From the NCBI GenBank assembly GCA_002898535.1, contig BEHN01000003.1, positions 192,952 to 256,951 on the forward strand: a DNA stretch of 64,000 bases, given 5' to 3'. Position 1 is the stretch's first letter; every line of letters begins with the position of its first letter. The translations under genes and the position numbers were made by a program. This DNA comes from a bacterium HR11 (GTDB lineage Bacteria > Acidobacteriota > HRBIN11). Below are positions 11,080-20,576 of the stretch, in pieces. The notes beneath the pieces are model-generated. The model made no database searches, was not told where the DNA came from, and saw only the letters and a program-made list of their open reading frames with translations.

Positions 11080-11842
11080 TGCCACGGCCCGGGTCGCCCC
11101 GACGGCCGAGCTGGCCGATGGGGTCGTCGTGGGCCCGTATTGCATCATCGGCCCGCAGGTACGCATCGGGGAGGGGACCGAACTCCGGAGTCACGTCGTC
11201 ATCGACGGGGTCGTGACGATCGGACGGCAGAACGTCATCTATCCCTTTGTCACCATCGGCTTGGAACCCCAGGACGTCAAGTACGGGGGCGAACCGACCC
11301 GGGTCGAGATCGGCGACCACAACGTGATCCGGGAATTTGTGTCCATCCACCGGGGGACGCCTGGGGGCCGGGGGGTGACGACCGTCGGGAATCATGTATT
11401 CCTAATGGCGTATGCCCATGTCGCCCATGACTGTCAGGTCGGAGACTATGTCATCATGACGAATGCCGCCTCCCTGGCGGGGCACGTCGTCGTCGAAGAC
11501 CACGCCGTCATCGGGGCCTTCAGCGGCATCCATCAGTTTTGTCGGGTGGGCCAATATAGCTTTATCGGCGCCTTCTCGGCCGTCAGTCAGGACGTCCTCC
11601 CCTTTGCGAAGGTCGCCGGCAATCGGGCGCGCGTGTACGGGGTCAACACCCTCGGTCTCCGGCGGGGGGGCTTCCCGACCGAGGTCATCGACCTGATCAA
11701 GCGGGCGTTCATCCTCCTGCTACGGTCCCGTCTACCTATCCCGGAGGCCCTGCGACGGATCCGGACCGAGCTTCCGCCTCATCCGGAATTGGAGGCCTTG
11801 TGTCGCTTCGTCGAAACCTCCCAGCGAGGGATCGTGCAATGA
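11063..11842 (+). CDS. lpxA: Acyl-ACP--UDP-N-acetylglucosamine O-acyltransferase LpxA
   Basis: Left-handed hexapeptide repeats ([35 protein letters not shown]...). Start MGVRIDA at 11063 overlaps the fabZ 3' end by 17 nt. Confidence 0.85.
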   Translation: MGVRIDATARVAPTAELADGVVVGPYCIIGPQVRIGEGTELRSHVVIDGVVTIGRQNVIYPFVTIGLEPQDVKYGGEPTRVEIGDHNVIREFVSIHRGTPGGRGVTTVGNHVFLMAYAHVAHDCQVGDYVIMTNAASLAGHVVVEDHAVIGAFSGIHQFCRVGQYSFIGAFSAVSQDVLPFAKVAGNRARVYGVNTLGLRRGGFPTEVIDLIKRAFILLLRSRLPIPEALRRIRTELPPHPELEALCRFVETSQRGIVQ

Positions 11843-12816
11843 AAATTCGTGTGGCCGTCATCGGCGTCGGGTACCTGGGTCAACACCACGCCCGGGTCTT
11901 TGCCGGCTTGCCGGACGTCGAACTGCGGTACGTCGTGGATATCATTCCCGAGCGGGCGTATACCATCGCCGAGCAGTATGGCGCCATTCCCTTGGAGGAC
12001 TACCGGGCCGTCCCCGTCTCGGAGATCGACGCCGTCAGCATCGTGACCCCGACGACGACCCACTACGAGATCGCCCTTCACTTCCTTCGGTGTGGCGTGG
12101 CGACTTTCGTGGAGAAGCCCCTCACGATGACCTCCCAGCAGGCCCTCCACTTGGTCGAGGAATCCCAGCGGACCGAGACGCCCCTCTTCGTCGGGCACAT
12201 CGAGCGCTTTAACCCCGTGGGGTCCCGGTTTCCCGTCCTCCGAGACGCCGAGTCGCCGGTCTTCATCGAGATTCATCGGGTCCACCCCTTCGTCCCCCGG
12301 GGGACCGACGTCGACATCGTCATGGACCTCATGATCCACGACCTGGACCTCCTGCTGGCCCAAGTCGGCCGGCCGCCTCAGATTCTGGATGCCGTCGGCA
12401 TCCCTGTCGTCACCCACCAGATCGACGCCGCCAGCGTGCGCCTCCAATGGGACCACCTCCGGGTCAACCTCGTCGCCAGTCGGGTCAGCCACATGCACAC
12501 CCGGCGGTGGATGATCTTCGCCGCCGGCCGGTACGTCTCGTTGGATTTCCTCCACCGACAGGTCACCCAAATCCAGATGGACGAGACCCACCCGGGTCAC
12601 CTGGTCATCCAGGACGTCCGATGCGACAGTCCGAAAGAACTCCTATGGATGGAGCTTCAAGCCTTTGCGCAGGCTGTCCGACGGGGCTACGCCGTGCCGC
12701 CCCTGGCGACCGGTCCCGAGGGCCTGGCGGCCATCCGGCTGGCCGAGCAGATCCGGGCCTCGATGGAACAGGTCCGCCATCCGGACCTGACGCCCTGGGT
12801 CATGACGGCCGTATAG
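11839..12816 (+). CDS. Gfo/Idh/MocA-family NAD-dependent oxidoreductase, operonic with lpxA (GnnA-like candidate)
   Basis: MKIRVAVIGVGYLGQHHARVF... Rossmann N-terminus. ATG overlaps the lpxA stop (caATGAaa). Confidence 0.7.
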   Translation: MKIRVAVIGVGYLGQHHARVFAGLPDVELRYVVDIIPERAYTIAEQYGAIPLEDYRAVPVSEIDAVSIVTPTTTHYEIALHFLRCGVATFVEKPLTMTSQQALHLVEESQRTETPLFVGHIERFNPVGSRFPVLRDAESPVFIEIHRVHPFVPRGTDVDIVMDLMIHDLDLLLAQVGRPPQILDAVGIPVVTHQIDAASVRLQWDHLRVNLVASRVSHMHTRRWMIFAAGRYVSLDFLHRQVTQIQMDETHPGHLVIQDVRCDSPKELLWMELQAFAQAVRRGYAVPPLATGPEGLAAIRLAEQIRASMEQVRHPDLTPWVMTAV

Positions 12817-12895
12817 CAGAGCCGTTCGGTTCGTGAGAAGGGCGTCGGGACGGCCCTCTCCATCGCCCGGGAAGCACGATGTTTCAAAGGGATGA
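12817..12895 (+). repeat. Family-1 intergenic element (CAGAGCCGTTCGGTTCGTGAGAA core plus GGGAAGCACGATGTTTCAA module)
   Basis: Starts on the stop codon of the oxidoreductase. Same core at 4706, 25989(-), 31739, 35626, 35870, 41754, 43123, 43665(-), 43864, 44085(-), 49275(-). Confidence 0.6.
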
Positions 12896-12961
12896 AGGGA
12901 CGGAGTGACGAAGGAACGCAGTGACGAGCCACGGCCTTGGGCCGGTCGGCCGATAGACCCC

Positions 12962-13130
12962 TTCGCTCATATCAGCTCATGGCTCATGGCTCATAGCTCA
13001 TGGGCCATAGGAGCCCATGGGTCATAGCTCATGGCCCCTATTGGCTCATAGCTCATAGTCCCATGAGCCATCAGCCATGAGCCATGAGCCAATATGAGCT
13101 ATGAGCCATGAGCCAATAGGGGCCACGAGC
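12962..13130. repeat. Family-4 (GCTCATG)n long palindrome
   Basis: Tandem gctcatg/gagccat units symmetric about ctcatagtcccatgag. Confidence 0.55.
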
Positions 13131-13165
13131 GCATCTCACCGGGACCTGGCACCCGGAACTCGAAT

Positions 13166-13215
13166 CCATCTTGCATGTTGCATCCTTTATCCTGTATTTT
13201 GCATCTGCTATCTCT
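13166..13215 (+). repeat. Family-3 promoter-proximal heptamer array (CYTGCAT)n, same orientation as metG
   Basis: cttgcat gttgcat cctttat cctgtat tttgcat ctgctat, ending 23 nt before the metG ATG. Confidence 0.55.
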
Positions 13216-13237
13216 CTGACTTTCACCGTTGGACTCG

Positions 13238-15166
13238 ATGAGTGGGAAGACTTTCTACATCACGACGCCGATCTACTACGTCAACGACCTACCACACATC
13301 GGTCACACCTTTACGACGGTCCTGGCCGACGTCACGGCCCGCTATAAGCGGCTTCTGGGCTATGACGTCTTCTTCCTGACCGGCACGGACGAGCACGGCC
13401 AGAAGGCCGAGCGGGCGGCCCGCCAGCGAGGCATCACGCCCAAAGAGTTGGCCGACCGGGTCGTCGAAAATTACTACCGACTGTGGGAGCGTCTCGGGAT
13501 CCAGTACTCCCGCTTCATCCGGACGACCGATCCGGTCCATCGACGGGCCGTCCAGAGATTCTTCCAGCGATTGGTCGATCGGGGCGACATCTACAAGGGC
13601 GTCTACGAGGGCTGGTACTGCCCGGGTTGCGAGGCCTTTGTCCCGGAGGGGTCTGTCGCCGACGGCCGCCATACCGACTGCGGCCGGGCAGTCGAGCGGC
13701 TCCGGGAAGACAGCTACTTCTTCCGCCTGAGCCGCTACCAGAAGCCCCTGCTGGAACACTACCGGGCCCATCCGGAATTCATCCAGCCCGAGTCCCGCTA
13801 CAACGAGGTCGTGCGCTTCGTCGAGGCCGGCCTGAAAGACCTTTCCGTGAGCCGCCGGACCGTCCGGTGGGGCATTCCCGTCCCTGACGACCCGGACCAC
13901 GTCATCTACGTCTGGCTGGATGCCCTGACGAACTACATCTCCGCCCTCGGTTGGGCCGACGGCGACCCCCTGTACGAACGCTACTGGCCGGCCGACGTCC
14001 ACCTGGTCGGCAAGGACATCCTGCGGTTCCACTGCGTGTACTGGCCGGCCTTCCTGATGTCAGCCGGCCTGCCCCTGCCCCGGCAGGTGTTCGGCCACGG
14101 CTGGTGGCTCCGGGCCCAGAGCAAGATGTCCAAGTCCCTCGGCAACATCATCTCGCCGGAAGAGCTCCTCGAGTTCTCATCGCCCGACATGGTCCGCTAC
14201 TATCTGGTCCGGGAGGCGCCCCTGGACGTCGACAGCGACTTCAGCTACGAAGGCTATCAGACCCGGGTCAATGCCGACCTGGCCAACGATTACGGGAACC
14301 TGATCCACCGCCTGACGTCCATGCTGGCCCGCTTCTGCCAGGGCCGCGTCCCTGATTACAGCCGGCTCGATGGGGAGATGACCGCTGTCCGGGCGGACCT
14401 CGAGGCCTGGGTCGACCGCCTCGAGGTCTGGGTCGACCGCCTGGCCTATCCGGAACTCCTGCGGGAGGCGTGGGTGCATATCCAGCGCTTGAATGGACTC
14501 CTGGCCCGGCGGGAACCCTGGCGGCTCATGCGGGACGCGGCAACCCGCGTCGAGGCCCAGACCCTCCTGGGGTTTGTGACCGAGGCCCTCCGCCTGATCA
14601 CGGTCGGCGTCTGGCCCGTCATCCCCTTTGGGGCCGGGGCGTTCCTGGAACGCCTCGGCCAGCCGGTCCCGCCCCGCCGAGACCACTTGGCCTGGGGTGT
14701 CCTGCCGCCGGGGACCCCCGTGGCCCTGGGACCGGAATTGTATCCCCGGATCGAACTGCCCGAGGAGGTTCGGAGCGAGGTACCTTCGGCACCGGCCTCG
14801 CCTCCGACGTCGCCGGCGACATCATCGTCCGTGGAGGGGCTTGCGATGATCGACATCCAGACGTTCATGCAGGTCGACCTGCGAGTCGGTGAAGTCGTGA
14901 CGGCCGAGCCCATCGAGAAGTCCAAGAAGCTCCTGAAGCTCATCGTGGACCTGGGGACGGAGCGGCGCCAGGTCGTGGCCGGCATCGCCCAGTACTATCG
15001 GCCGGAGGAACTCCGGGGCCGGAAGGTCGTCGTGGTCGCCAACCTGGAGCCGGCCGTCCTGATGGGGACGGAGTCTCAGGGGATGATCCTGGCCGCCGAC
15101 GTCGATGGCCGGCCATATCTCTTGGAAGTCCCGGCCGAAGTCCCCAACGGGAGTCGGGTCCGATGA
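13238..15166 (+). CDS. metG: Methionine--tRNA ligase with C-terminal tRNA-binding (EMAP-like) domain
   Basis: Class I HIGH (YYVNDLPHIGH) and KMSKS (SKMSKSLGN); zinc knuckle CPGCEAF...; C-terminal ...DLRVGEVVTAEPIEKSKKLLKLIVDLG... Confidence 0.9.
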   Translation: MSGKTFYITTPIYYVNDLPHIGHTFTTVLADVTARYKRLLGYDVFFLTGTDEHGQKAERAARQRGITPKELADRVVENYYRLWERLGIQYSRFIRTTDPVHRRAVQRFFQRLVDRGDIYKGVYEGWYCPGCEAFVPEGSVADGRHTDCGRAVERLREDSYFFRLSRYQKPLLEHYRAHPEFIQPESRYNEVVRFVEAGLKDLSVSRRTVRWGIPVPDDPDHVIYVWLDALTNYISALGWADGDPLYERYWPADVHLVGKDILRFHCVYWPAFLMSAGLPLPRQVFGHGWWLRAQSKMSKSLGNIISPEELLEFSSPDMVRYYLVREAPLDVDSDFSYEGYQTRVNADLANDYGNLIHRLTSMLARFCQGRVPDYSRLDGEMTAVRADLEAWVDRLEVWVDRLAYPELLREAWVHIQRLNGLLARREPWRLMRDAATRVEAQTLLGFVTEALRLITVGVWPVIPFGAGAFLERLGQPVPPRRDHLAWGVLPPGTPVALGPELYPRIELPEEVRSEVPSAPASPPTSPATSSSVEGLAMIDIQTFMQVDLRVGEVVTAEPIEKSKKLLKLIVDLGTERRQVVAGIAQYYRPEELRGRKVVVVANLEPAVLMGTESQGMILAADVDGRPYLLEVPAEVPNGSRVR

Positions 15167-15792
15167 TCCCGAAGCGCTACTGGCTGGGGGTCCTGCTGTT
15201 TGTCGGCGCCGTTTACTTCGTGGCCCGATCGGGGACGCCCGAGCGGACGCCGTGGCCCAAATGGGCTCGGACGGCGCCGGTCCCGGTCCTCTGCGTGGGC
15301 CTCCGGGACGGTCGCTGTCGTGCCGTGCAGGCCCTGTGGCCCCTGGACGACCGTCGATGGGCGACGCCGCACGTCTCACCGCAGGCGCCGGTCGACGTCC
15401 TGTGGCGACGTCCCCTGAGCTGTGTCCGACGTTTGGCCGACGCCGGATGGGAACCCCTCTGGAGTCTCTGGGATTGTCCGACTGCCGAACGGCCCTCGAT
15501 GGAGCCCGCCACGTGGGAGGACCTGACCCCGGGCCGGCCCATCGCCGGCTACGGCCTCCGAGACGCCGACTGGCAAGAAATCCCCTTGACGGTCGTAACC
15601 TGGGAGTACCGGGACGCCCGGTGGTGGCTGGTCGTCCGGCCCACGGCGCCGGGCCTCCTCCCGGGGACGCCGGTCTGGACGGTCCCGACGCGTCGCCTGA
15701 TCGGGCTCGCCCTGCCGCCGACCCAGGCCGGCGAGGACTGGGCCGTGTGGGTCACCTCGCCCCACCTGACGATGGAACCCGGGACGCCCTGA
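15163..15792 (+). CDS. Hypothetical membrane-anchored Trp-rich protein, ATGA-coupled to metG
   Basis: N-terminal TM (YWLGVLLFVGAVYFV); no recognisable motif; start overlaps the metG stop. Confidence 0.45.
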   Translation: MIPKRYWLGVLLFVGAVYFVARSGTPERTPWPKWARTAPVPVLCVGLRDGRCRAVQALWPLDDRRWATPHVSPQAPVDVLWRRPLSCVRRLADAGWEPLWSLWDCPTAERPSMEPATWEDLTPGRPIAGYGLRDADWQEIPLTVVTWEYRDARWWLVVRPTAPGLLPGTPVWTVPTRRLIGLALPPTQAGEDWAVWVTSPHLTMEPGTP

Positions 15793-15854
15793 GGAAGCGA
15801 CCCCGCTCTCCGACGAGCGGGGCGGGGTGTCCATTCCGAATTCCCGCAGGCCTA

Positions 15855-15897
15855 TCTTGCATCCTGCATATTGCATCTTGTATCCTGCATCCTGTCG
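15855..15897 (+). repeat. Family-3 (CYTGCAT)n array upstream of the URO-D-like gene
   Basis: cttgcat cctgcat attgcat cttgtat cctgcat cctg, 28 nt before ATG 15925. Confidence 0.55.
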
Positions 15898-15924
15898 GAT
15901 TTTACCCTCTCACCTGGAAATCCC

Positions 15925-16926
15925 ATGTCCCCGAGAGCGTATTTAGAGAAGGTCCTGAGCGGCCGGGAACCCGCCGTCGGCGTCAGCCTGTGGCGGCACT
16001 TTTACGAGCATGAGTTCTCCCTGCCGGCCTACGTCCAGGCGATGGTCCTCTTCTACGAGACCTACCGGTGGGACTTCCTGAAGCTGAACCCCCGCTCGAC
16101 CTACTACGTCGAGGCCTGGGGCGCCCGCTTTGAGCCGTCCGGCGACCCACGGACGGGCCCCCGGATGGTCTCGACCCCGATTCAGTCCCTGGCCGACTGG
16201 CCCCGCGTGGTCCGCCCTATCCCGGCGACCGAGGGCGTCTGGGCCGAGCAGTTGGAGGCCATCCGCCAGGTCCGGGCCCGCCTGGGTCCGGAGGTCCCCC
16301 TCTTGCAAACCGTCTTCGCCCCCATCGAAGTCTGTAGCCGCTTCCTGCCCCGGAAAGAAGACCTGGCCCCTCTCCTGCGGGCGCATCCGTCCCTGTTCCA
16401 CGAGGTTTTCCAGGTCGTCACGGAGGTCCTGACGGGCTTTGCCCTGGCCTGCCTCGAAGCCGGTGCCGACGGCATCTTCTTCGCCACCCAGTGGGCGACC
16501 GAGTCCGTTCCCGACGAGGTCTTCCAGACCTTCGAGCGGCAGTACGACCTGGCCCTCTTGCGGGCGATTCGCCGGCGGGCCGAGTGGATCGTGCTTCATG
16601 TCTGTGGGGCCCAGACACGGGTCCTCGACATGCTGGATTACCCGACCGACCTGGTCCACTGGGACTGGGTCGGCGGCTCGAACCCGACGCCGGAGGTCGT
16701 CGAGCGCCGGACCTCGCAGGCCATCGTCGGGGGTCTCTTAAGCCGGGGGATCCTGCGGTTTGGCCCCCCGGACCGGATTTACGACTACATCCACCGGAGT
16801 CACCGGCCGCGCCGGTGGGTCGTCAGCGCCGAGTGCACGTTCCCGCCCGACGTCCCGGGCGCGCACCTGATGGCCGTCCGGCGGGCCGTCGCCGACCTGC
16901 GGGGCGAACGCTGGCCCCTTGCGTAA
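15925..16926 (+). CDS. Uroporphyrinogen-decarboxylase (URO-D)-like family protein (non-HemE, MtaA-like subgroup)
   Basis: Length and spacing of conserved blocks fit the URO-D/MtaA family; lacks the canonical HemE PVWxMRQAGR motif. Start MSPRAYLEK at 15925. Confidence 0.6.
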   Translation: MSPRAYLEKVLSGREPAVGVSLWRHFYEHEFSLPAYVQAMVLFYETYRWDFLKLNPRSTYYVEAWGARFEPSGDPRTGPRMVSTPIQSLADWPRVVRPIPATEGVWAEQLEAIRQVRARLGPEVPLLQTVFAPIEVCSRFLPRKEDLAPLLRAHPSLFHEVFQVVTEVLTGFALACLEAGADGIFFATQWATESVPDEVFQTFERQYDLALLRAIRRRAEWIVLHVCGAQTRVLDMLDYPTDLVHWDWVGGSNPTPEVVERRTSQAIVGGLLSRGILRFGPPDRIYDYIHRSHRPRRWVVSAECTFPPDVPGAHLMAVRRAVADLRGERWPLA

Positions 16927-16984
16927 CATAGCGGCGTCGGGGGTCTGGCCATCCCCGGTCTCTGCACCCGACACCGACCCTGCA

Positions 16985-17797
16985 CTACGTCTCGTCCCAG
17001 GGGAGGCGGTCGCTCCACATGTGGTGCAGGGGCCCGTGGCCCCGGCCGAGGCCCGGCGCCCGCTCAATGCTCCGGGTCACGAAGGTCTTGGCCTTTTCGA
17101 CAGCCGTCCGCAGGTCCCACCCCCGAGCGAGGCCGGCGGCGATGGCCGCCGAGAAGGTGCACCCCGTCCCGTGCGTATGCCGGGTCGCCACTCGCGGGGC
17201 CGTCAGCCATACAAAGGCCTCGCCGTCGTAGAACAGGTCGTCGGCCGTCGCCCCTTCCTCCAGATGTCCGCCCTTGACGACGACGGCCTGAGGCCCCAGG
17301 GCCTGAATCGCCCGGGCCGCCCGCTCCATGTCACTTCGGGTCTGGATCAGAAAGCCGGCCAGGCGCTCGGCCTCGGGCAGGTTCGGGGTCACGACCCAGG
17401 CCAGGGGCAGGAGGTGGTCGATCAAGGCCCGCTCGGCCTCAGGCCGCAGGAGGGGATCGCCGCTCTTGGCCCGCATGACGGGGTCGACGACCAGGCGCTC
17501 GATGCCGTTCCGACGGACGGCCTCGGCGACGGCCCGAACGATGTCGGCGTTCGCCAACATGCCCGTCTTGGCCGCGTCGACCCCGATGTCCCGGGCGACG
17601 ACGTCGATCTGGGCCGCCACGACGTCCGGCGGCAGTTCGACGACGCCGAAGACGCCCTCCGTGTTTTGGACCGTGATGGCCGTGATGGCCGTCATCCCGT
17701 AGACGCCATAGACGGTAAAGGTCTTCAGGTCGGCCTGAATGCCGGCCCCGCCGCCCGAGTCGCTTCCGGCGATGGTCAACGCCGTCGGCATGCGCAT
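16985..17797 (-). CDS. thiD: Hydroxymethylpyrimidine/phosphomethylpyrimidine kinase
   Basis: MRMPTALTIAGSDSGGGAGIQADLKTF...VVKGGHL... GGAGG lies 5 nt before the ATG; the ORF-track extension to 17908 is a heptamer-array read-through. Confidence 0.85.
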   Translation of the reverse strand: MRMPTALTIAGSDSGGGAGIQADLKTFTVYGVYGMTAITAITVQNTEGVFGVVELPPDVVAAQIDVVARDIGVDAAKTGMLANADIVRAVAEAVRRNGIERLVVDPVMRAKSGDPLLRPEAERALIDHLLPLAWVVTPNLPEAERLAGFLIQTRSDMERAARAIQALGPQAVVVKGGHLEEGATADDLFYDGEAFVWLTAPRVATRHTHGTGCTFSAAIAAGLARGWDLRTAVEKAKTFVTRSIERAPGLGRGHGPLHHMWSDRLPWDET

Positions 17798-17814
17798 GGC
17801 CGCCTCCGATGAAG

Positions 17815-17885
17815 GGGCAGGATACAAGACGCGAGATGCGGGATACAGGATGCAGGATGCAAGATGCAGGATGCAAGATGAGGGA
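17815..17885 (-). repeat. Family-3 (CYTGCAT)n array, oriented with thiD and ending ~20 nt before its start
   Basis: Minus-strand reading cttgcat cctgcat cttgcat cctgcat cctgtat cccgcat ... Confidence 0.55.
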
Positions 17886-18125
17886 GTCCCAGAGAGGTCA
17901 CAGACCATGGACTATAGACCATAGACCCTATCTGGAAGATCCGTCCCTCCCGTCTTGAGTCGATGAGACTCGGACAGCCCTAAACCCCGTCAAGGTCTAT
18001 AGTCCGTGGTCTATGGTCTGGGGTCTCTTCTCTGGGACCTCCGGAGCCTGCATCTTGTATCCCGCATCCTGCATCTTGTATCTTATACCGCCTGTGTCGG
18101 CAAGCTTCCTCGAGTCGGAACGACG

Positions 18126-19466
18126 ATGGAGTACCCGCACTGGTATGTGCCGTTTCTGACGGCTCCTATGTTGATTCCCCTGGTAGCGATTCCCCACGTC
18201 GTCGTCGCCCAGCTGGCCGTCGGCGGGGGATTTCTCCTGGCGGACCTCACGCGGCGAGCCTACCGGGCGTCGGACCCCGGGCTCCTGGCGTACTTGCGAC
18301 GGTTTGCCCGCTTCTTCATCCTCCTGACGGTCGTCTTCGGAGCCGTCACGGGGGTCGGCATCTGGTGGACCATCGGCTTGACGAGCCCGGAGGCAACCAG
18401 CGCCCTCATCCATGTCTTCGTGTTCGGCTGGGCGACCGAGTGGGTGTTCTTCGTCCTGGAGATCGTGTCGGCCTTTGCCTTCTATTACCTGTGGGACCGG
18501 CTCCCGCCCCGGGAGCACGTCGCCCTGGGCTGGGTCTATGCCTTCTCGGCCTGGATGAGCCTGGTCCTCATCACGGGCATCACGGCCTTCATGCTGACGT
18601 CGGGCTCGTGGACGCCCGAGAAGTCCTTCTTCGTGGCCTTTTTCAATCCGTCCTTCGTTCCCCAGGTCCTGATCCGCACGGGCGGGTCTTTGGCCATCGC
18701 CGCCCTGGGGGTTGGGCTCCACGCCGCCTTTCATGCGGACGGCGCCTGGAAGGACCGTCTTGTCCGGTGGGTCTCCCGGTGGGCGTTGGGCGGGATGGTC
18801 TGCATCGGCCTGGGGACCCTCGGGTATCTCCTGGTCTTGCCGGACCATGCTCGGTTGAATATGGTCCGGGCACCCATGCTTCTTACGATGACGGCCCTGA
18901 ACTTTGGGGTCACGCTGGTCGTCATCGCCGCCCTGGCCCTGGGCTACGTCGTCGGCCACCGGTGGGTCACGCCCCCGAGCGCCGTCCTGCTGTTCATGGC
19001 CGGCGTCTTGGCCATCACGACGGGGGAGTTCATCCGGGAGGGTTCCCGGAAGCCCTACCAAATCGAGCGGTACATCCTGTCGCCGGGGGTGCGGGTCTCG
19101 AACGTGCCGCTGTATCACGAGCAGGGCTTCATCGCCCGGACGCCCTGGCCGGCCTTCTACCTGCGTCAGCGGTGGCCGGACCTCGACCCGGGCCGGCCGG
19201 ACCGGTGGACGGACGACCAGCAGGTCCACGTCGGCGAGGCCATCTTTCGGTACCACTGCGCCGGTTGCCACGCCCTGACGGGCTACAACGGGATCCGACC
19301 CATTATCCGGCCCTGGACGCCCGAGCTCATCCGGGAGGCCGTCCGGCACCTGCACCGCACGAACCCGGCGATGCCGCCCTGGCTGGGCAACGAAGCCGAG
19401 CGGGAGGCCCTGGCGCGCTATCTGGTCCATCTCCAGGAAGCCTCCGCCGGGAGCATGGCCCCATGA
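18126..19466 (+). CDS. Polytopic membrane protein (~8 TM) with C-terminal mono-haem cytochrome c domain
   Basis: Multiple hydrophobic helices, then CxxCH (YHCAGCHALTGYNG). Start MEYPHWYVPF at 18126. Confidence 0.6.
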   Translation: MEYPHWYVPFLTAPMLIPLVAIPHVVVAQLAVGGGFLLADLTRRAYRASDPGLLAYLRRFARFFILLTVVFGAVTGVGIWWTIGLTSPEATSALIHVFVFGWATEWVFFVLEIVSAFAFYYLWDRLPPREHVALGWVYAFSAWMSLVLITGITAFMLTSGSWTPEKSFFVAFFNPSFVPQVLIRTGGSLAIAALGVGLHAAFHADGAWKDRLVRWVSRWALGGMVCIGLGTLGYLLVLPDHARLNMVRAPMLLTMTALNFGVTLVVIAALALGYVVGHRWVTPPSAVLLFMAGVLAITTGEFIREGSRKPYQIERYILSPGVRVSNVPLYHEQGFIARTPWPAFYLRQRWPDLDPGRPDRWTDDQQVHVGEAIFRYHCAGCHALTGYNGIRPIIRPWTPELIREAVRHLHRTNPAMPPWLGNEAEREALARYLVHLQEASAGSMAP

Positions 19467-20281
19467 TCGAGAAGGCCTTTGAGAACCGCCGTTTTCTCCA
19501 CAGTCGGGCCGCCCGGCCGATTCGGATCCTCGCCGAGTACCTGGAGCCCCTGAGCCGATTCGAGCACTATCAGGTCGCCAACACGGTCGTCCTCATGGGC
19601 TCTTCCCGTCTGCATCCCCCGGACGTCGCCCGGGCGCGCCTGCGGGAAGCCGAAGCGGCCTTGGCGGCCGACCCGACGGACCCGGGGCTTCGACACCGGT
19701 ACGAGGTCGCCCGGGTCCAGCTCGAGCTGGCCCATTACTATGACGAGGCGGTCGAGGTCGCCCGCCGGATCACCGAATGGAACCTTCAGCGGCCGCCGCA
19801 CCGGCGCTTCCTCGTCTGCACGGGCGCCGGCCCCGGCATCATGGAGGCCGCCAATCGGGGGGCGGCCCTGGCCGGGGGTCCCTCCGTCGGGCTGGGCATC
19901 GAACTGGACAACACGGCCGAGACGGCCAATCCCTACGTGTCTCCGGAACTCCTGTTCCTCTTCCACTACTTCTTCATGCGGAAGTTCTGGTTCGTCTACC
20001 TGGCCAAGGCCGTGATCATGTTCCCCGGCGGCTTCGGTACGCTGGACGAGCTGTTCGAGGTCCTGACCCTCAAGCAAACCGGCAAGCTGAAGAAGCAGTT
20101 GCCCCTCATCCTGTACGGTCGCCCCTTTTGGGATCGTCTGATCGACTGGGACCTCCTGACGTCCGCCGGCCTGATCGACCCGGCGGACCGGGGCCTGTTC
20201 GTGTACTGCGACTCGCCCGACGAGGTCACGCAGGTCCTCTTCCCCTGGCTCGAGTCCATCGAGCCCAATACATGGGATTGA
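19463..20281 (+). CDS. LOG-family (TIGR00730-type, long form) putative cytokinin riboside 5'-monophosphate phosphoribohydrolase
   Basis: GAGPGIMEAANRG and PGGFGTLDELFE motifs; start overlaps the upstream gene end. Confidence 0.8.
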   Translation: MIEKAFENRRFLHSRAARPIRILAEYLEPLSRFEHYQVANTVVLMGSSRLHPPDVARARLREAEAALAADPTDPGLRHRYEVARVQLELAHYYDEAVEVARRITEWNLQRPPHRRFLVCTGAGPGIMEAANRGAALAGGPSVGLGIELDNTAETANPYVSPELLFLFHYFFMRKFWFVYLAKAVIMFPGGFGTLDELFEVLTLKQTGKLKKQLPLILYGRPFWDRLIDWDLLTSAGLIDPADRGLFVYCDSPDEVTQVLFPWLESIEPNTWD

Positions 20282-20576
20282 AAAGGGTATTCGGGGTCAG
20301 GGTATCGGGGATCAAGCTTTTTCCCGCTCCATGAGCTCTAACACCTGACACCTCAGCACCCGGTCCCTGAGACCTGACACCGGTCTGTTGCAATTTCCGG
20401 AGAGGGTACGCTACGATGCTTTAGACATGGAGTTAGGGCGTCGGGTATATTTTTAGGACCCCGGTCATGACCGGCGGGGCCCGAGAGGAACTTGGGTGTT
20501 CGGTTTTCGGCCTTCAGGGGTTGAACGCCGGCTACCGGACACCGAGACCCCCGATACCTCGAGCCGAGACGGACGT

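Noticed and set aside
17798-18000. TPP riboswitch upstream of thiD
   Set aside because: The upstream region is entirely heptamer-repeat DNA; no CUGAGA / ACCUGAUCUGGAUAAUGCCAGCG-like elements.
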